NCBI RefSeq assembly: GCF_006345805.1
Contig: NC_042997.1
Location: forward strand, 26,288,001-26,352,000
Direction of reading: 5' to 3'
DNA length: 64,000 nucleotides
From: Octopus sinensis
Lineage: Eukaryota
The notes beneath the pieces were generated by a model. It saw only the letters and a program-made list of their open reading frames with translations. It was not told where the DNA came from and ran no database searches. Within the stretch, counting starts at the first letter, position 1; each line of letters opens with the position of its first letter. Positions 60,856 to 64,000 of the stretch are shown piece after piece. The translations under genes were made by a program, and so were the position numbers.

Positions 60856-62174
60856 TAGGCAAGTAGGGACGAAAATTCCTGATACAATTCGATCTTGTTA
60901 GTCCTCTTCGGTGAAATAGTCTACTCTGTACTTGTTAGATTAGAGACAAGAAAATCGCTCCCTCGATATACAATATATTCGAGTCAACGTAAAATTTATC
61001 ATGATAACTGACGGACGGATATTATTTTTTAAGACACGTCATTCGTATGAACAATAACCGCCAATTTACTAGATATAAGTAAAGTGTCTTTGCTAAAGAG
61101 AAGGAACAGCGCTGGAATTCGAACCATCAACTCATCTGCAACACGTTATCAACTCGGTTTTACCGAAACAGGCTTAAAGTACATTTTGTTGTCTTTGTTT
61201 CTACGGTGCCTTATTTATTTCTCAATTTCTCGTGGGAATTAATTTCTTTAACTACGCCACATATTCATAAAATTTCTGTATCTTTCCAGTCAAGTTCGTG
61301 TTCCGGTTATGATTACGCTTTACTTGAGTAGCTCATGTTCTTAGAAAGAGCATTTCTTTTTTCTTGTTTTTCGTCACTATTCTCATATCTCTCTTCTAGT
61401 CAGTAGGCTTAATCACTTCAAAATGAGTGTTTTTGCTTAAGAGACGTATTTAATTTTTATCTTCCTTGGAAGCGAATTGGAAATTGCCTCAAGAACATGG
61501 GAATGCGGATGGAGCTTATTATTTACTGTTTTTTTTTATCAATCTTTTTAAACAATATAAATAAGACAATTCTTTAAGTAAGAATAAATAAAGATTATTT
61601 AATAGAAATTTTTCTATGTACCTTTGAAATTTTACCATAGAGATTTAAGGAGAACATTAACAATCTAAAACGATAGAAATTCAACCAAGAGGAATAGGAA
61701 ATTTTATCATTTATGTGAAGATCACGAATACTTGTCACTTTCTTGGATATCAATAAGCCGGTATTGATTAATTCAAGTACCTTAGAGTATGGAGTCATTC
61801 AGTGAGCCGGATCCACATTCCATAGCTTAATTTTAGCCATTAAATTTCACTAATGTTTAAATATATTAGACATAATTTTTCACACATAAATCTAGAGAGA
61901 ATTGTAATAAATTTTCTTTAAAAACAATTCCAGCATGAGATATCGGATGATTTTCTAAGTATCCGAGAATATTTATTAACTGGTATTCAAGAACAGACTG
62001 GGGCATAATTGTTTTAAACGGACATAAAATTGGCTACTGTCTGTTCTAATTATCAGGTACTTTAAAATATCCCCATTATAGTACCAATAATTGTTTCTTT
62101 CAACTGTCTTTAATTATTTTACTTTAATTTGTCTCACGAGGTTATATTTTTGTGAATGCTTTAATTGCCGTTTA

Positions 62175-62175
62175 C

Positions 62176-62235
<60 letters not shown>

Positions 62236-62340
62236 ATGTATGTATGTATGTATGTGTGAGTGTATGTGTGAGCGTGTGTGTGCGTGTGCGGGTGTGTGCG
62301 GGTGTGTGTGTGTGCGCGCGTATATATATGTACATATATT
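62175..62340. repeat. (TA)n(TG)n(TATG)n microsatellite
   Basis: Directly visible. Confidence 0.9.
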
Positions 62341-63715
62341 GTTTCAGCATATATTCTTGTGACATTGTACAAATTAAATAAAATGTATCACACCCACTCT
62401 TGCTGAAGGCCTAAAACTTTCGATATCATTACCTTCCGTAATACACTTGAGGTTTCATAGTTACATATCATTTTAAGAATTCTAAATTATTCAGTTTTCC
62501 ATGCTAAACGCAACTACATGTAAAAGTTAAACAATAAAATTTGAGGGAAAATCTTTATGGTGTCCATCGGCAAAGTAAGTACAAAATGTTTGTTGTGGGG
62601 CCAGAAAATTAACGTTGGGCCTCTCATCAGAAAAAAAAAAGCAGAAAAATATAATGGTGATTCTACATCTCCAGTCTAATACCCCGTGGTTAATCTTCTA
62701 CTAGATAACACATTTCTCCACAGATTTTTGTCCCCCTTGAATATCTATTTCTTTACTACCCACAAGGGGCTAAACACAGAGGGGACAAACAAGGACAGAC
62801 AAACGGATTAAGTCGATTAGATCGATCCCAGTGCGTAACTGTTACTTAATTTATCGACCCCGAAAGGATGAAAGACAAAGTCGACCTCGGCGGAATTTGA
62901 ACTCAGAACGTAACGGCAGACGAAATACGGCTACGCATTTCGCCCGGCGTGCTAAGGTTTCTGCCAGCTCACCGCCTTGTCCCCCTTGAATATCGTTCCT
63001 CTTTAGCGGACTGCAGTCTGCTTCACATTCACAAAATCCTGGATCGATTCTACCGCACAGCGTCTCAGGCAAGAGTGTTTTATCTTAAGTTCAGTTTGAC
63101 TCATGGCTTTTGAATAAAACTGGGTGGACGGAAACTACGTAGAAGCCTATCGGATAGATTGTACCAGAAATTTGAAGGTTATGCCTTTCCCAGTGAATCT
63201 GCCTGAGAATTATACAAAGTATAATTTTCAGGCAGATTCACGTGTATGTCGAATACTCAATTACTTAAGGCAGTGATCTGGCAGAATCGTCAGCACGCCG
63301 GCCGAAATGCTTAGCAGTATTTCTTCTGTCTTTATGCTCTGAGTTCAAGTTCCGCCGAGGTAGACTTTGCCTTCCATCCTTTCGGGGTCGATAAACTAAG
63401 AACCAGTTGTTTACTGAGGTCGATCTAATCGACTGGCCCCCACAAATTTCGGGCCTTGTGCCTAGAATAGAAAAGAATACTCAATCACTTTCATGCTATT
63501 TCAATGAATTCAATTGAGTTAATAGCTGAAATTCATTGTCGAAAACAACTGCTATCCATTTACTGTGGTTTCGAATGCGTATCTTACAAACAATAACGAG
63601 CATCACAGGACCGAGCATATGTTGTAGGCAGTACATTAGAAAGAGCAGTTAAATCTCCCTCATTAAGACATCATATTCTCTTAAAAATGATTCATTGGAA
63701 AATTTACTCCTAGAA

Positions 63716-64000
63716 ATGGAGGTGGACCGAAAAGTTCATAGGCTGGCTATGAAGGAGTGATGCCAGAGCTGTGTAATCTTGCATGCATTATTTTCAAATC
63801 TTATGAATAACTGCATTGTTTCTTTCCAAGTAAATTGGCATCTCACTGTTCAAAGCAGACTTCGAAAGTTTACTAGTAACGACTACTCTTAAACATAAAT
63901 AAAATTTGGCAACGTAATGTTATCAAGTACCTGCAGAAAAATGGGTTTAGTGCCCAAGAACATTTATGCAGACATGGTTGCTACATTAGGGGATGACATT
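63716..64000 (+). mobile_element. Mariner element 5' end (TIR plus degenerate transposase N-terminus)
   Basis: TIR-like gaggtggaccgaaaagttc; NKIWQRNVIKYLQK..G..APKNIYADMVATLGDD with a frameshift. Confidence 0.75.

Noticed and set aside
55835-64000. Upstream K2P exons (M1, cap, first half of P1)
   Set aside because: No minus-strand segment ending in ...TTI-G|GT or encoding M1 was found; they probably lie beyond the window

Overview
AT-rich, repeat-dense eukaryotic genomic DNA; the SINE/LINE/microsatellite repertoire looks like an octopod cephalopod (Octopus-like; inferred from repeat families I recognise, not from a search). Two host genes are present. (1) A complete 17-exon SMPD4 (neutral sphingomyelinase-3-like) gene on the + strand, ATG 9832 to TAG 45343. 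I assembled the exons by hand; all phases are consistent (2460 nt, 819 aa). (2) The large terminal exon of a two-pore-domain K+ channel (K2P, long M2-M3 loop) on the - strand (54723..55834), convergent with SMPD4; its upstream exons were not found in the window. The rest is retro- and DNA-transposon debris: CR1-type and RTE LINEs, an R4/Dong-like fragment, several tRNA-derived SINE families, Tc1/mariner remnants, MITEs, Helitron-like elements and microsatellites. Most notable observations: SMPD4 intron 4 is a textbook minor-spliceosome (U12) AT-AC intron (16233..19271). That intron carries a ~0.9-kb local inverted duplicate of the intron 1/exon 2 junction whose exon-proximal 118 bp are perfectly complementary to the exon 2 acceptor and first 29 coding nt, a candidate long-range dsRNA switch for A-to-I editing or splicing. 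A second local inverted duplication sits just before the last exon, and several minimal hammerhead-ribozyme motifs occur, one at the tail of a tRNA-headed SINE-like element. All coordinates were read by eye; repeat boundaries are approximate.
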